Both the position numbers and the translations under genes were made by a program. A stretch of 64,000 nt of DNA from Camelus ferus. Its lineage: Eukaryota. Location of the stretch: the NCBI RefSeq assembly GCF_009834535.1, contig NC_045696.1:113524001-113588000 (forward strand), read 5' to 3'. A model generated the notes under the pieces. The model worked only from the letters and a program-made list of their open reading frames with translations, was not told where the DNA came from and did no database searches. Each line of letters starts with the position of its first letter. Position 1 is the first letter of the stretch. Positions 28,101 through 41,349 of this stretch are shown in pieces.

Positions 28101-28644
28101 AAATCTCTTCGATACCACAGCTAACCCCGTGGGGCCTAGGAGGGAATCCAGCAGGCTGCCCCCCCAAGCTCTCATCTGCTGTTCCTGCTTTGAAGAGGCA
28201 GAAGCCAGACTCCTGAAGCCGCCACACCGGTGGGGTCCAGCTGTCTGCACCTGAGCTGGAAGCCAGGCAAGCAGACTACAGAGACAACGAAGCAGCTGCT
28301 GCCGTGGGCTCTGAACGCTGCACGCGCACTGCAGAGCCCGCATCCTTCACTTGACCGGCCCGTCAGGGCAAGCTGAGTACAGCTACACTGCCCCTCACAG
28401 GTTCAGACACTAATTTGGGGTAGCGTGTCTAATTTTTTATAAAACTTCTAGATATAACAGATATAAGACATCTAGATACAATAGGTATGATAGATGTATA
28501 TTATATCCAGATATAACAGAAATGCTATATAAAGAAATGTCAGTGAATCTGTTCATAAGGCCAAAACAAAAAAAAGGATATTTACAAAGAGTATCTCCAT
28601 AAGCTCTCTTTTTATGAGTTGGGAATTTTGTGTGAATATAGGCC

Positions 28645-29240
28645 AAGGATGGTGGTATCTCTCTCCTCTACTTAAAACTCTCCAATGGCTTTCTGAAGTT
28701 AATACAATCTGAGCCCTGCCTACCTCACCTCCTACTACTCAGTCCTCGCTCATAATGTCCACCCTTCTATTTGGTGTCTTTTGGCCTAAAAATGCCCTTC
28801 TGGTGGCTGGATCCTTGTCGTCACTCAGGGCCATCTCTCCAAAATGGCACCTACCAATACTCCAACCTGCCCAGCCGCTCACTATGCCATTAGCCCGTTT
28901 TAATTTGTTAGTATTGTTTTCTGCAATTACTTTTGTACATTTTTTCCTTCCAGTTGTATTGCAGTATAACTGACATACAGCACGGTATAAGTTTAAGGTG
29001 TACAGCATAATGATCTGACTTACAAACACCATGAAATGATTATCAAAGTAAGTTCAGTGACCATCCATCGTCTCATTCAGATACAAAAATAAACAGAAAA
29101 ATCTTTCTCTTGGGATGAGAACTGTTTTATGCACTTTTAAAACTGTCCCTCCCTCCACATGAATGTCAGTTCCACGAGAGCTTGTCCACTGCTCTGTCTT
29201 CCGTACCTGGCACACCAGGAAATGCCCAATAAATGTTAAG
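28645..29240 (+). mobile_element. L2 3' fragment interrupted by a minus-strand L1 3' end (~28940-29120)
   Basis: cttaaaactctccaatggcttt...cctggcacacc...caataaatgtt (L2); gtataactgacatacagcacggtataagtttaaggtgtacagcataatg (L1 antisense). Confidence 0.7.
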
Positions 29241-29559
29241 ATGAGCGACTGAATGTGGTGAGGAGCAGCTGGTTACAGCTGCATCTTAAGTCAAAGCGCC
29301 ATACAGTGGAGTAAGCCAGGGCGGGCACAAACCAGAGTATTGGCAGTGTCGTCAATGATCTGTATTGCTCAGCCTGCATTACAGTAAAACAAGCAGGCGG
29401 GGAGCGCAGGTGGGGCAGGCAGGAGACTGCCCGGCCCACCCCAGCTGAGTCACTGACAACCATGCCAGGCCTCAATACACTTGCAAAGCTGGTGGTCAGA
29501 TTTAACTGGAACAAACAAAAGTCTGTTACTATTACAGACAATTCTCATGATGTAAATGA

Positions 29560-29810
29560 TGGGTACCAGAGGGGGAAGGAGGAAGGGATAAATTGGGAGT
29601 TTGGGATTTGCAGATACTAACTACTATACCTAAAACAGCTAAACAACAAGGTCCTGTATAGCACAGGCAACTATACTCAGTATCTTGTAATAGCCTATAA
29701 TGAAAAAGAATATGAAAAGGAATTATATATATGTATAACTGAATCACTATGCTGGGCACCAGAAATTAACACAACATTGTAAACCGACTATACTTCAATT
29801 TAAAAAAAAA
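29560..29810 (+). mobile_element. Young L1 3' UTR fragment
   Basis: Closely similar to 8189-8450 (gggataaattgggagtttg...tatagcacagg...acaacattgtaaac), with an A tail. Confidence 0.88.
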
Positions 29811-30858
29811 CCTCATTCAAGGAACGTAATTACTAATCTAGTGGGCTTGGTAAACACCTGTTGGGGAATGAATCATACCTTCAAAAGTTCAGGCCAACAG
29901 GAATTCATATATATAGTCTGGATACACACAATCATCTCTCTTCCTTGAAAAGTCAAGTGTCACAAACTAACTGTTTTCTGGCCCAAGTGAGTATGTTCAG
30001 AAGAAATTTCTGAGAAAACTTCACCCAATTGGCTAACTTTTCTTTCTTTAAGGGACAGGGAGGGGAGGAAGCAAACCAGGGTATGAAAAAGTCAGAAACC
30101 CAAGAGTGAATTACCTCCCCTCAAAGAAACAAAAAAACACAAACCAAAAGAAACGCAACAGTGAACTGACAAAAGATTTTAACCAGAAAGGTCAATGCCA
30201 ACTATGCCTGCAGTACTGTCACCAGGTGTCTGAGATTCGACTTAGCCCATTAAACAACGAGATGGCACTTCTTTTTATGCTCCTTCAGGCCAAACGACAA
30301 CCGGTAAATGTTACCATCCTCACACCATGCCCTAGATTTGGGGCTTGTCGGGTATCAGAGAAGCTTCAGAACTGGAAGATGACTGCCCTGGAGAGGCTCA
30401 CTACCAGTCTGGGGAGTTTAAATCTTGGGAAAGCAATGAGAGTTGGACTGTAACACTAACTGTAGGAAGGTTTCAAGAGCGGCCTGGGAAAAAGACAAAC
30501 AGCACCCGCTGTCTGCCGTAAGAGCGGAGAGAGCAGATGAAAATTCACTCATCAATACACACCTCACAGTAAACAGGACACAGAAACAGAGACGGGAGCA
30601 TCCAATCCTCCAAGCCACAAAAACTTCCATCCTAACAATTAATTTGGACTCCAAGATCTTAATAGCTGTTCAGTTTTTTTTCAGTCATGTGTTTTAACTT
30701 GCAGGTACTACAACACAGAATTTCCTCCCAGTATACCTAGATGTAAACAGTTACAGTAAAATGTAGTAGAAAACCCTACATCTACACAGGGTTCAACAAT
30801 ATGACCAGACAGAATGAAACCAATTTCAAATTTTGGTTCTAACAAGTATTGTGTCTTT

Positions 30859-31763
30859 CATACGAATGATCAACAGGCACATGAAAAAATGTTCAATATC
30901 ACTAATTATCAGAAAAATGCAAATCAAAACTACAATGAGGTATCACCTAACACCAGTCAGAATGGCCATCATTCAAAAGTCCACAAATAGTAAATGCTGG
31001 AGAGGGTGTGGAGAAAAGGGAACCCTTCTACACTGCTGGTGGGAATGCAGTTTGGTGTAGCCACTGTGGAAAACAGTACAGCGATTCCTCAAAAGACTAG
31101 GAATAGACTTACCATATGACCCAGTCATCCCACTCCTGGGCATATATCCAGAAGGAGCCCTAATTCAAAAAGATACCAACACCCCAATATTCATAGCAAC
31201 ACTATTTACAATAGCCAAGTCATGGACATAGCCTAAATGTCCAACAACAGATGACTGGATAAAGAAGTTGTGGTATATTTATACAATGGAATACTATTCA
31301 GCCATAAAAATGACAACATAATGCCATTTGCAGCAACATGGATGTCCCTGGAGAATGTCATTCTAAGTGAAGTAAGCCAGAAAGAGAAAGAAGAAATATC
31401 ATATGATATCACTCATATGTGGAATCTCAAAAAAGAAAAGAAGACAACAAATGAACTTAAATATAAAACAGAAACAGACTCATAGACATAGAATATAAAC
31501 TTGTGATTGCTGGGAGAAGGGGGGTGGGAGGGGACAGACTGGAAGTTCAAAATCTGTAGATACTGATAGGTATATATAGAATAGATAAACAAGATTATAC
31601 TGTATAGCACAGGGAAATATATACAAGATCTTGTGGCAGCTCATGGTGAAAACAAATGTGACAATGAATGTATGTATGTTCATGTATGACTGAAAAATTG
31701 TGCTCTACATCAGAAATTAATACAACATTGTAAACTGACTATAACTCAATAAAATTTTTTTTA
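30859..31763 (+). mobile_element. Young 5'-truncated L1 (end of ORF2 plus 3' UTR)
   Basis: ORF2 motifs [49 protein letters not shown] and IMPFAATWM.LE.VILSEVSQ. TSD attgtgtcttt at 30848-30858 and 31764-31774. Confidence 0.93.
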
Positions 31764-33879
31764 ATTGTGTCTTTGACATATAGTTTGTATGAGGACTGGT
31801 CTATATCACTTGACAATGTTTACTACATAATAAATACATTTTAGATGTGAAAACATCTCAGAATACTAAGCTACAAAGAAGAAACACTTTCTAGGGGGCT
31901 ACCAGTCTAGCTGAAGAATGAAGCTATGCATTCTGAGGACTTTCATACAAAAGGTTACTCAGAAAAAGCACCAAGGCCAGAGGAGTATCACATACTATTA
32001 AGTAATATATGGTATTGCTATTTTACTGCCAGTCTCTGCTCACACATTACTATAATCACTTAACATACATTTGTTGAAATATTTACTTAGCGTAGAGGAA
32101 ACTTATCTTTAAAAAACCCTCCTGGGTGCTTGTTATAAAACAAATGTTTTCTTTTAGGGTCTTTGATGTACACCAATTCAACAATCTCCTTTTCTTTAGG
32201 ATAAATGTGTTCTAGCAAAGTCTGCTAAGAAATAAAATTTTATAAAGCCAATTCCAATAAATTACCTCAAAAAACAGAGATGCATTTCTATAAAGGAGGA
32301 AGGGTTATGAGTGGTGGTAGGAGAAACTTGAGCTATTTGGGGAGGAAAGTTCCATGCAGCCAAAACACTTGTGGTTCCACACGTTACCATTTGCTTTCCT
32401 CTGGCAGCACCTAATGCTTCTGTGATTCCAGCACTCTGAACTAGCAGAATGTCTCCTAATCCCGAAAATTTCTTAATTCTACCCTCAATGCTCCCAGAAC
32501 TCTGCTGTCACTTTTCCAGGCAGTCTGAGTCACTGACTTACCCAAAGGACACAATCTACCAGCTGCCTGCATCTCACCAAGTGACCCAGAGCCAGGATTC
32601 AAGTCTGAAGCTTCACATTATACAGATAAAAATGATTTCCCTATATCGCTAATTTTAATTTAGAAATTTGTCAAAGTTATCTGAATAAGGGATATCATAA
32701 ATAATTTCTCCTCCAACTACTTATCTACTCCTAGGGAATACTAGAAGATTATCTCTAATCGTTTTAAAATGTGAAAAATACCAATCATAACCCAAAGAAG
32801 CCACTTTTAAACAAAGTTAATGTCAATGAAATATACCATTTTTTTGAGACTAAAAATGTAGCGCTTTGATTGACAACTTTTGGGATGTGAATAAAAAGAC
32901 ACCAGCTAGATCCCTCAGGATGTTTGTGCAACTCTTCCCCCAAGCCCCCATACCTCTAAATCTGAATGGGAATCTGGCATCTGAATTTTTTTACATAGCC
33001 GCTATGTAAACACACTGCTCTGATGGGAAGAACTGAGATAAACACTTGCATCTTGGGACACTCTCATATGAAGCTGTTAACCACACTCAGCAGTAACTCT
33101 AGGTGTCTTATTGCCCCCTAGCTTACTGCATGTAATTTACAAGTATGTGTCTTGGGAGCCAACCTCAGAAAAGGGGACAATCTCAATTATCAAGAGTACC
33201 TGGGATAATCTGAAACAAATTAATTAAACATGATGCCTATATGATGCTTTAAGAGTTCCAGGTACATTCAGTGTAAAACATTAACACAACAGCCAATCTT
33301 AAAAGAATGAAAAGAAACTGAATATGATGAATAACATGCTGTGTTAATAGTAAACACTTCTACCCACTCATTCTAGTGTATTCACAAGGGGGAAGAGCAC
33401 AAAATGTGGATGCAAGTCAAAGCATGTAAAAAAAAAGTTCAAGGACGGTAGCAGCAATTTACTGATTTTCCAATTTACCCACTGCTTAGTATTTTCAAAC
33501 TAAGTCCAGCAAAAGGGATTCATCAAGTTGTAATATATGAACCCTGCACTACTTACATACAGTATCCATGCTACAATGTTAGTCATAAAGACCACAAGGG
33601 ACTTGAATCTAGTAAAGCACAAGCTAACTTTTTCTGGTAAAGGGAGAGAAAAGGAACCCTCCTCAACTCCTTTGACTATCCATTGAAAATGACAGAACAC
33701 ACCCCTCACAAAGGGAAATAATATACACAATGTCAAGAAATTCTACATTAGTATTAAAAATCTGGTTAATAGTGAATCACTTCCCTCGATAAACACAACG
33801 AAATCTTCCAGTAACAGAAATAAAAAAATCCTTTCCTTCTTGACAATCAGCCCCTCACTGGATCTGTCTTGAATATTAA

Positions 33880-35035
33880 CAACAAATTTGGTTAAGTTGT
33901 AAACTCCAGTGGTCACTTGCTGGTCTCCATCTTTTTCCACCTCAACAGTATATTTCAAAATTGATGATCACTCTATCTCAAAACACTTCCCACTCACTGC
34001 TTTCTGACACCATATTCTCGTGATTTTCCTTCTTTTTTTGCAGTCTCCTTTGCTGGCTTCTCCTTCAGACTATACAAACTCTAATTAAAGATGTCCAAGT
34101 CTTCATCCTGAGTCCCCTTCTCACCACACCCTTTCTTTCTAGGTAAGCTAGAGGTATTCCCCAGACAGTCAAGAGCCCCTATACGTATCTCAAGCTTTTA
34201 CGTGTCTTGCGTTCACAATATTCCTCTGAACTCCAGTTACTTATAGCTAACTTCTATCTGACACCTTCATTTGGATGCTTCACTGGCATTTACTTCATAC
34301 CTAACACATCCAAAAGACACACTTCCCTTTCCTGCCACACACACACACACACACAACCTTATTCCAATCTTCTCCCTGTCAATAAAACAGCACCATCATC
34401 TACGTAATGGCTAAAACCACAGACACCTGGAGCCATTCTTGGTCCTCTCTCATCGGCCATATGCAATCCATCCACATGTCCAGGTGTTCTAAACCCACCT
34501 TCAGTGCCACCACCTCAGTCCTAGCTACTATCACCAGCTGCGCAGAATAAAGCCAACTCGTGCCTTCCTCCCAGCTAGCAAGGAGGCTAGGAAAAGACTT
34601 TTAAATCACTGCTGAAATAATGTCACTTCCTTGCTTCAAAACCTTGAATGGCTTCCCACTGTTCTTAGAATAAAATCCAAACTCTGCCCTGGTCTACAGG
34701 CTCCTGTATCATGCGGCTCTCCCCAGCTCACAGCCGGTGTCTGTGCTTCTGTCTGCGATGCTCTTCCCAAGGATGTGCTCTTTTCACAAGTGTATCTCCT
34801 TGCTTCTCATCTTTCAGGTCTTTTCCTAAATGTCTTTTTAAGTCTTCTCCAAGTAACCGCCACCCACAATTATTCTCCATTACTGCACTGTTAATTTTTC
34901 TCCTACCAGCCTACGGTTTACTACTGTACAGTTTACTAACCCTCTAACTTGGATACGGTCTGTACTGCCTACTAAAACTCAAGCCGCATAAGCCCGAGGC
35001 CAGGTCTGTGTCAGTCACCCACAGAGCGCAGCACA
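33880..35035 (+). mobile_element. L2 LINE 3' region
   Basis: ttcctctgaactccag...atttggatg...cctaacacatccaaa; tgtcacttccttgcttcaaaaccttgaatggcttcccactgttcttagaataaaatccaaactc. Confidence 0.8.
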
Positions 35036-35328
35036 CAGAGGACACACCTTGGAGAAAATGCAGGTTCGGGTCCAGACCACTGCCATAAAGCAACACAGTG
35101 AGTCACACACACTGGTGTCCCAGAGCACGCGGAAGTTACGTTTACGCCATTCTGCAGTCTCAGAGTGCAACAGCACTATGTCTAAAAAAGCCACGGACAC
35201 ACCTTAAACGACACTTTATTGCTAAAATTGCTGTCACTTAACAAGACAGGGTTGCCACAAATCTTGAAGTTACAAAAAATGTGTTATCTTCGAAGCACAA
35301 TCTGGAGAAACAAAACGAGGCCTGCCTG
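35036..35328. mobile_element. Internally deleted Tigger1-derived (TcMar) DNA transposon
   Basis: Both Tigger1-like ends present: ggagaaaatgcaggttcgggtccagaccactgccataaagc and cagggttgccacaaatc...aaaacgaggcctgcctg. Confidence 0.8.
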
Positions 35329-37734
35329 CATCTTAAATGAATAAAATCTGATTGGCTCACGCCACTGTCACTCATGTACAGCACTGCTTCCTGATTATAA
35401 TTCTGACTTTCTGAGCTGTATCCACTCTGTAACTTTTCTCTAAGCAAAGCCATTCTGAGCTGCTTTATCTATTGCTATTTGAAAACGTGCTTCCATGTCT
35501 TTTTCTATAGAACATATTTGGGTCCATCCCATATCAATTTTCCATCAGTCAGTTTAAACAGAAACCCCAACGTCCACATGTTACACGTAACGGCCGTCAT
35601 GCGAATGCTGGAGATCCTCTAATTTAAGTGTAGTACTGACACAGGTCACCACGGTCAAGCCGGACGTGACGCCTGCAACGAACGCAATGCTGAATGCTGT
35701 GTACGAGCTGGATGATACAGCCCCTTCCTTTTGGCCTGGAATTTCATTTTGTCATATTCAGGTTCTTTAGAAAGCAGACAGAAATCAGCTTTTAACTATT
35801 TTGTTAATTAAAGTATTAGTAAACCCTATGCTGCCCCAGGTAGCAAAGCCCAGTGACAACTCCCAGTTATGCTCTGCCTATGAAAACTGTTGGCTTTGCA
35901 GCGCTTTCCTGCCTGGGTGAGACACCACTTTGGCCTTCCTCAAATTTTTTCACCGACGACCTGTGGTGTGGACTCAACAAAGCAATCCACAATCACATGC
36001 ACGTATGTTTCGAGAAAGGAGCTGTTAGCACACAGCACTTCCTGGATTACAGTTCTCAAGCAAGGAGCTCTGATGAGCTTCTTAGCCTGCAGAGTAGGAA
36101 GTTTCCCAGAGGATTAGAAGCATATTCTGACACTAGTTACTAGGTCTTTTGTTTCACTTTAGAGCATGACTGCATAAGAGAGGCGGAATAAGAATGGGCT
36201 TATTATGAAACCCTGTTTCACTCCACTGCTGATGGGGAATGTGTCAGATGTCTCAGGCGGGCGCCAGCATCTCGAACATAACCAGCTCTTGGAACAGCTC
36301 TGGGATATGGGGGAACGTCTCCGGGAAGCCCAATTTACGCGGCACCCCTAAACCCACGCGCATTTGTTGGCAAACAATAGTCCTGTAAAGTCAAAACAGG
36401 CGGATCGGAGGTATTGATATTCTCCGTACACATCTTCTCAGTCGAGCCCGCAGCACTGTCTTTTGTATCACACTGCAGCCCAGAGCTCCTGGGATTCCAG
36501 GAAGGTGAAAATTGCCAGAACCGCTTGGGTGCCAACTCAGAGAGACGGCCAGCCATGGCCAGCTGCAAAATGCGACAGCAATTTCCCCAGGTCTTTCCAT
36601 TATTTTCTGAAGAGGGTAATGAGGACATTCCCTTAAACCATCAGACCCGAATTAGGTTTTTGTGTTTTGTGTATTAATTTAACAAATATGTATGGTTTAT
36701 CTACTCTTTGTTGGGCACTGTAGGGATGGAAAGACATAGTCCCTGCTCTCAAGGAACTTAAAGTCTACCCTGAGAGAACATGATGCTGCTTCTTTACACA
36801 AGTAGCTGGAGTGCTACTCAAGGCCCACAGATGCTTCCAGTGCCCTAGAAAAGGCCACTATCGTCAAGTCCAGGCCAAGCCCAGGCCACCGGGCTTCCAA
36901 AATATCTGCTCTCCACCCACAACCTCAGTTGCCCATTCTCTCACCTTCTCTACAAGCAGGTTCAAAACGCATCACATCTCCCTCTCTCGCCTTTTCACTT
37001 CTTTCCTCTCAGTCTACAATGCACACTCTTAACTGTACACTCAAAGGCCCACAGAAACCCCCGCCTCCCAGGGCTGCAGCTCTCCCCAAGCTTTGCTTCT
37101 CTTTCCTCCAGGTCCTCTTTGCTTTCCCACCCTGCATTTATAGCATCCCTCAGAGCACGGTTCTCAATTCTCCTCTTCCCCTCGGCAATCGGGTGTACTT
37201 ATCACCCACCCTCAGATCTAACGTACACACCCAGGCCAGTGCCAGCCCCTGCACTTGCCAGCCCACCGCAGACTCACCGCAAGGAAACCTAAACACACAA
37301 GCGTCATGATGCCTGCAGCTCACTTTCAAATGGTTCCGCAAAATAAGTATATAGAGATAAGAGAGACAGAGCAAACACGATGAAATCTTAACAGCTGATG
37401 AATCAGGGGGAAAGATGGGTGTTCCCTTAATGTTCTTTCAACTCTTCTGTGTTTTGAATTTTTCAAACTTAAAAAATTGGGGGGAAAATCATGCAGGATT
37501 GTAATCAAAGACAGAAATCATGGTCCCTGCCTTTTAGGTAGTTTATAACCTATTTAATTCATCTAATCTAAAAGTAGGCTAGACAGATTTGAGAGTTCAA
37601 TGGCTGATTAATAAGAAGCTTAAATACACAATCGAAATGCAAATATTTACTGAGGGCCTACTAAGTGGCAGCAATATGCTAGGCTGTGTGTTACATGGTC
37701 AACAAAGCAAGTAACTAAACTGGGGAGCAGGATC

Positions 37735-38575
37735 TGACCTCATCACCTCCTTTAAGCCAGTTCATCCTCCTACCGTGTCTACTTCTGTTAATGGCACCAC
37801 CATCCTCCCCAACACCCGAAGAGGCTCTGACCCCTTCAAGTCCTCCATATCTAAATCCATGGCCAATGAAGTTCTCTGGATTCCACTGCTTTCCACTTCT
37901 CTCTCCTCTCCACTTTGATGGCCAACCACCTGTCCCCAGCCAGGAAGGCCACGTGGCTCCCACCTGGACTGCTGCAGCAGCCTGAAAGTCTCCCGGTTCC
38001 CAAAGAGCTCCCCTCCACCCCTACACCTTGTCTCTACCCAGACATTCAGCTCTACCTGGATTGCACTTCCAGCTCAGAAAGGTTTCAGTGACTCCCCAGC
38101 ATCCGTAAACCACATTTCAAAGCCTCACCTGACACTGAGGAGCACAAGTGTGATCTGTTCTTTCTCCCACTTTCTCGCTCTCTGGCCACAGGCGTATTCA
38201 CTCTTGCCCACCAGGGCCCTCTCTGCCTTTCCTCTGCTGTGTCTGTGCTCACACTGCTTCCTCTACTCCAGCTGTCCTTACGCCTCCACACCCCACTTCT
38301 CACTTCCTCCAAGAAGCCTTCCCAGATCACTAAGCGCTCCAGCCACAAACACTCACACCCAGGTCAAACCAATAGCTCACCCCTCTGAACACGTTAGACG
38401 CATTTATTCCTTCCCAAATAATATTCATGTTTCCAAGGTACTATTCAAAATCCGTATGTGCATTTCTTACCACGCTTACTAGGCAATGAACTCCTTGAAG
38501 ACAGTGACTTTTTATGTGTAACAGGCTCCCTCACAGCTTGTGACAGGCATCTAACATTAGTATCCTTTACATGAA
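37735..38575 (+). mobile_element. L2 LINE fragment
   Basis: ttctgttaatggcaccaccatcctccca, cacctggactgctgcagcagcc and tgaactccttgaagacag motifs. Confidence 0.7.
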
Positions 38576-38669
38576 TCCCTAAAAATTGAAGCGTTGCTTG
38601 GTAAAAACTGTAAGCAATTTTACCTCAAAATACATTTTAACAATGGTATATTCTTATTTTTATTTTTTT

Positions 38670-39210
38670 ACCTTTTTTGTGTGATAAAATATATACTGTA
38701 AAATTTGCCATTTTTAATCATTTTAAGTGTAAAATTCAATGCCATTAATCACATTGACAACGTTGTGCAACCATCACCACTATCTGTCTGCAAAATGTTC
38801 ATCACCCCAAACAAACTCTATACCCAGTAGGAAATAACTACCCGTCCTTCCTTCCCTCAGTCCCTGGAAAACTCTGATCTTCCTGTCTCTGTGAATTTGC
38901 CTATTCTAGACATTTCATTTAAATGGAATCATACAATATTTGTCCTTTTGTGTCTAGCTTACTTTCCTTAGTGTGGTATTTTCAAGTTCATTCATGGTGT
39001 AGCAAGTAGAAGAACTTCATTCCTTTTCCATGGTATGTATACACCACGGTATGTTTATCCACTCATCCGTTGATGGACACTTGCTTGTTTCCACTTTTGG
39101 GCTATTATGAGCAGCTATGAACACTGCCTCAATATTTGTTTGACTCCCTGTTTTCAATCCTTCTGGGACTAGGGGCAGAAGTGCTGGGTCATTCTTTTTA
39201 ACTTTATGAG
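38670..39210 (-). mobile_element. Old L1 (L1MB-like) 3' end
   Basis: ttgtgcaaccatcaccactatc, tctctgtgaatttgcctattctagacatttcatttaaatggaatcatacaata, gttgatggacactt. Confidence 0.88.
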
Positions 39211-39921
39211 AAATGACAGCAGCACAGTTAGGCTGTCCACATACGTAGTCCTTTGGTAAGCATAAGAGCACAAGACTTCCTACTCATTTAGGACACAATT
39301 CCCTTCTGGATAGATTTCCTTCCCTCCCACCCATTCGGGCCCCAAGTGCTGATCTAATTTCCAGGCACTTGATCCTGGTTTGGGCTACTTTGTGTTGACA
39401 CTCTGGTCTCCCAGTGCTCACTATTTTTCCACACGACCTTTGCACATAAAGGGAAGCACACTGGAGTAGTACTTTCCAAATGAAAATTATGTTGAGACTA
39501 AACATCATTCAGATGTTGAAGTCACAATTTATATCCTTAATGCATTTAGTAACATCAGATGAACAAGAGGCATATAAAAGGAAGGATATTTCTCAGCAGG
39601 TAAGATGATAGAGGATTTTGGAAAGGATGACTTCTGCTGAACCCATTTTTTTTATACCCAAACAAGAATTTAAAACATGGTAAACGTGGACGGGATATAC
39701 AAGCCTTAACTGTTGTAAGGAAAGGATCTCTTTTCAGTCCAAGGTTAGCAGCCATTAATTTCTAAACTGACATCTCATTATTACTACCACCAATGCCAGG
39801 AAGTTTCATAAAACCACAAGATGTAACAATGCAAATTCACAGAAACAATCTGTGCTAACTTGGAGCATCTCTGTGCAAGGGGCAGGATCAGAAGAGGTCA
39901 TGAGGGGGATCTCTCACTCTT

Positions 39922-40060
39922 TTTTGGAGGCGGGAGGTAATTAGGTTTATTTATTTATGTATTTATTTATTTTCAGAGGAGGGGCTGGGGACTGAACCCA
40001 GGAGACCTCGTGCATGCTAAGCATGTGCGCTACCACTTGAGCTATATATCCTCCCCCTCA
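39922..40060 (-). mobile_element. vic-1-type SINE (minus strand)
   Basis: Reverse-complement tRNA-like head. TSD gaYctctcactctt at 39908-39921 and 40061-40074. Confidence 0.9.
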
Positions 40061-41142
40061 GACCTCTCACTCTTGACTCCATGACTTCTGCATTTCAACT
40101 TTTCAAAAACATACATTCTTATAATTGTGTAATGGCCTAAAGTTATATTTAAAACACAAGCAATAAAAAGCAATGTTATTAAAAAAAAAAAAAGATGAGC
40201 TATTAAAATGAGCTAAATGCGCAGCTCTAACATTACCAGTTAGCACACACAGAAAACTCCAAACTCATTTCAACTTTACAACACTGAGGTAAGCAAGTGG
40301 GGCATTCCGCCCTATTAGTAATCAGGAAAAGAAGGTTGAGCAAACTTCTTAAGACAACCGTGTTACATTTATTTTTAAGGCTCTTCACTGTGGCCTTTAA
40401 ATCATCTTCAAAAAAGTGAGATTTAGCTGTAAAACTTTAAAACCAACTGTATCTGATTACTTAATAGTTCTCCCAGAAAAACAACAAAGCAGTGACTTAG
40501 TTGGGTTTACATATTTAGGAAACAGGAAAATAATGGTCAAAATCTAATCAAATCATATAAAAGAAAATTTTACTTTTATTATCCTCCACCATTTAGTTTA
40601 GTGACAACTCAAAGACATTTCGTCCTAAAATAGCACCCTCCCCTCAACCTTAATTTTTAGCTTTCAAGGCACTAAATGAGTATTTACTCATAATTCCAGT
40701 ATATCTATTAAGCGAAATCTGGAGTTTAAAGGACTTGGACAAAATTTGTCATTTATTATGTGCAGACATTCTGCCTACAGACATTTATGGCTACAGGTTA
40801 GTTACACAGCTATAACTCGTCAATTTAGCAGAGCTTGAAGCCCGGGCTATAAATAATCACCACGAAACTGACTCCAGTGGCCCAGCGGTCACCAGCTATC
40901 TAAAAGGCATAATTTTACAATTCAGTGCTTTAGGAAATCATTACAGTAGTTAAGACAGCATTTTTTCCTAAACGAGTAAGAGCCGAAACACAAGGAAAAA
41001 AGCCTAACCAAAGGCCTGGTACGTGAGTTGGGAAATTATTTCATCTGTATACATACATATAACCAAACAATTCAGAGATACCAAGGAATTTGATTTAAAT
41101 GGCAATATAAAGCAATTTTTAAAATTCACTCAAAATACTCTG

Positions 41143-41349
41143 CTATTAATCGCTCTCAAATGGCTCTATTGTAATATATAATAAGTCCTTCCTCACTTCA
41201 CTGTTGATTCAGTAAAACTAAGTCTTCCACCTTGACTCAAGAGTAGCCAAATGGCTAGTCTAAATAAAATCAAGTCACCAACAAACCCTTCAAAGGCTGG
41301 TATCAAATTGTTTTCAAACTGAGACACGTACGTATACAGACCAAGTAAA
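41143..41349 (+). repeat. 207-bp direct repeat, copy A (identical to 43225-43431)
   Basis: Base-by-base reading found no mismatch from ctattaatcgctctcaaatgg to cgtatacagaccaagtaaa; offset 2082 bp. Confidence 0.95.
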
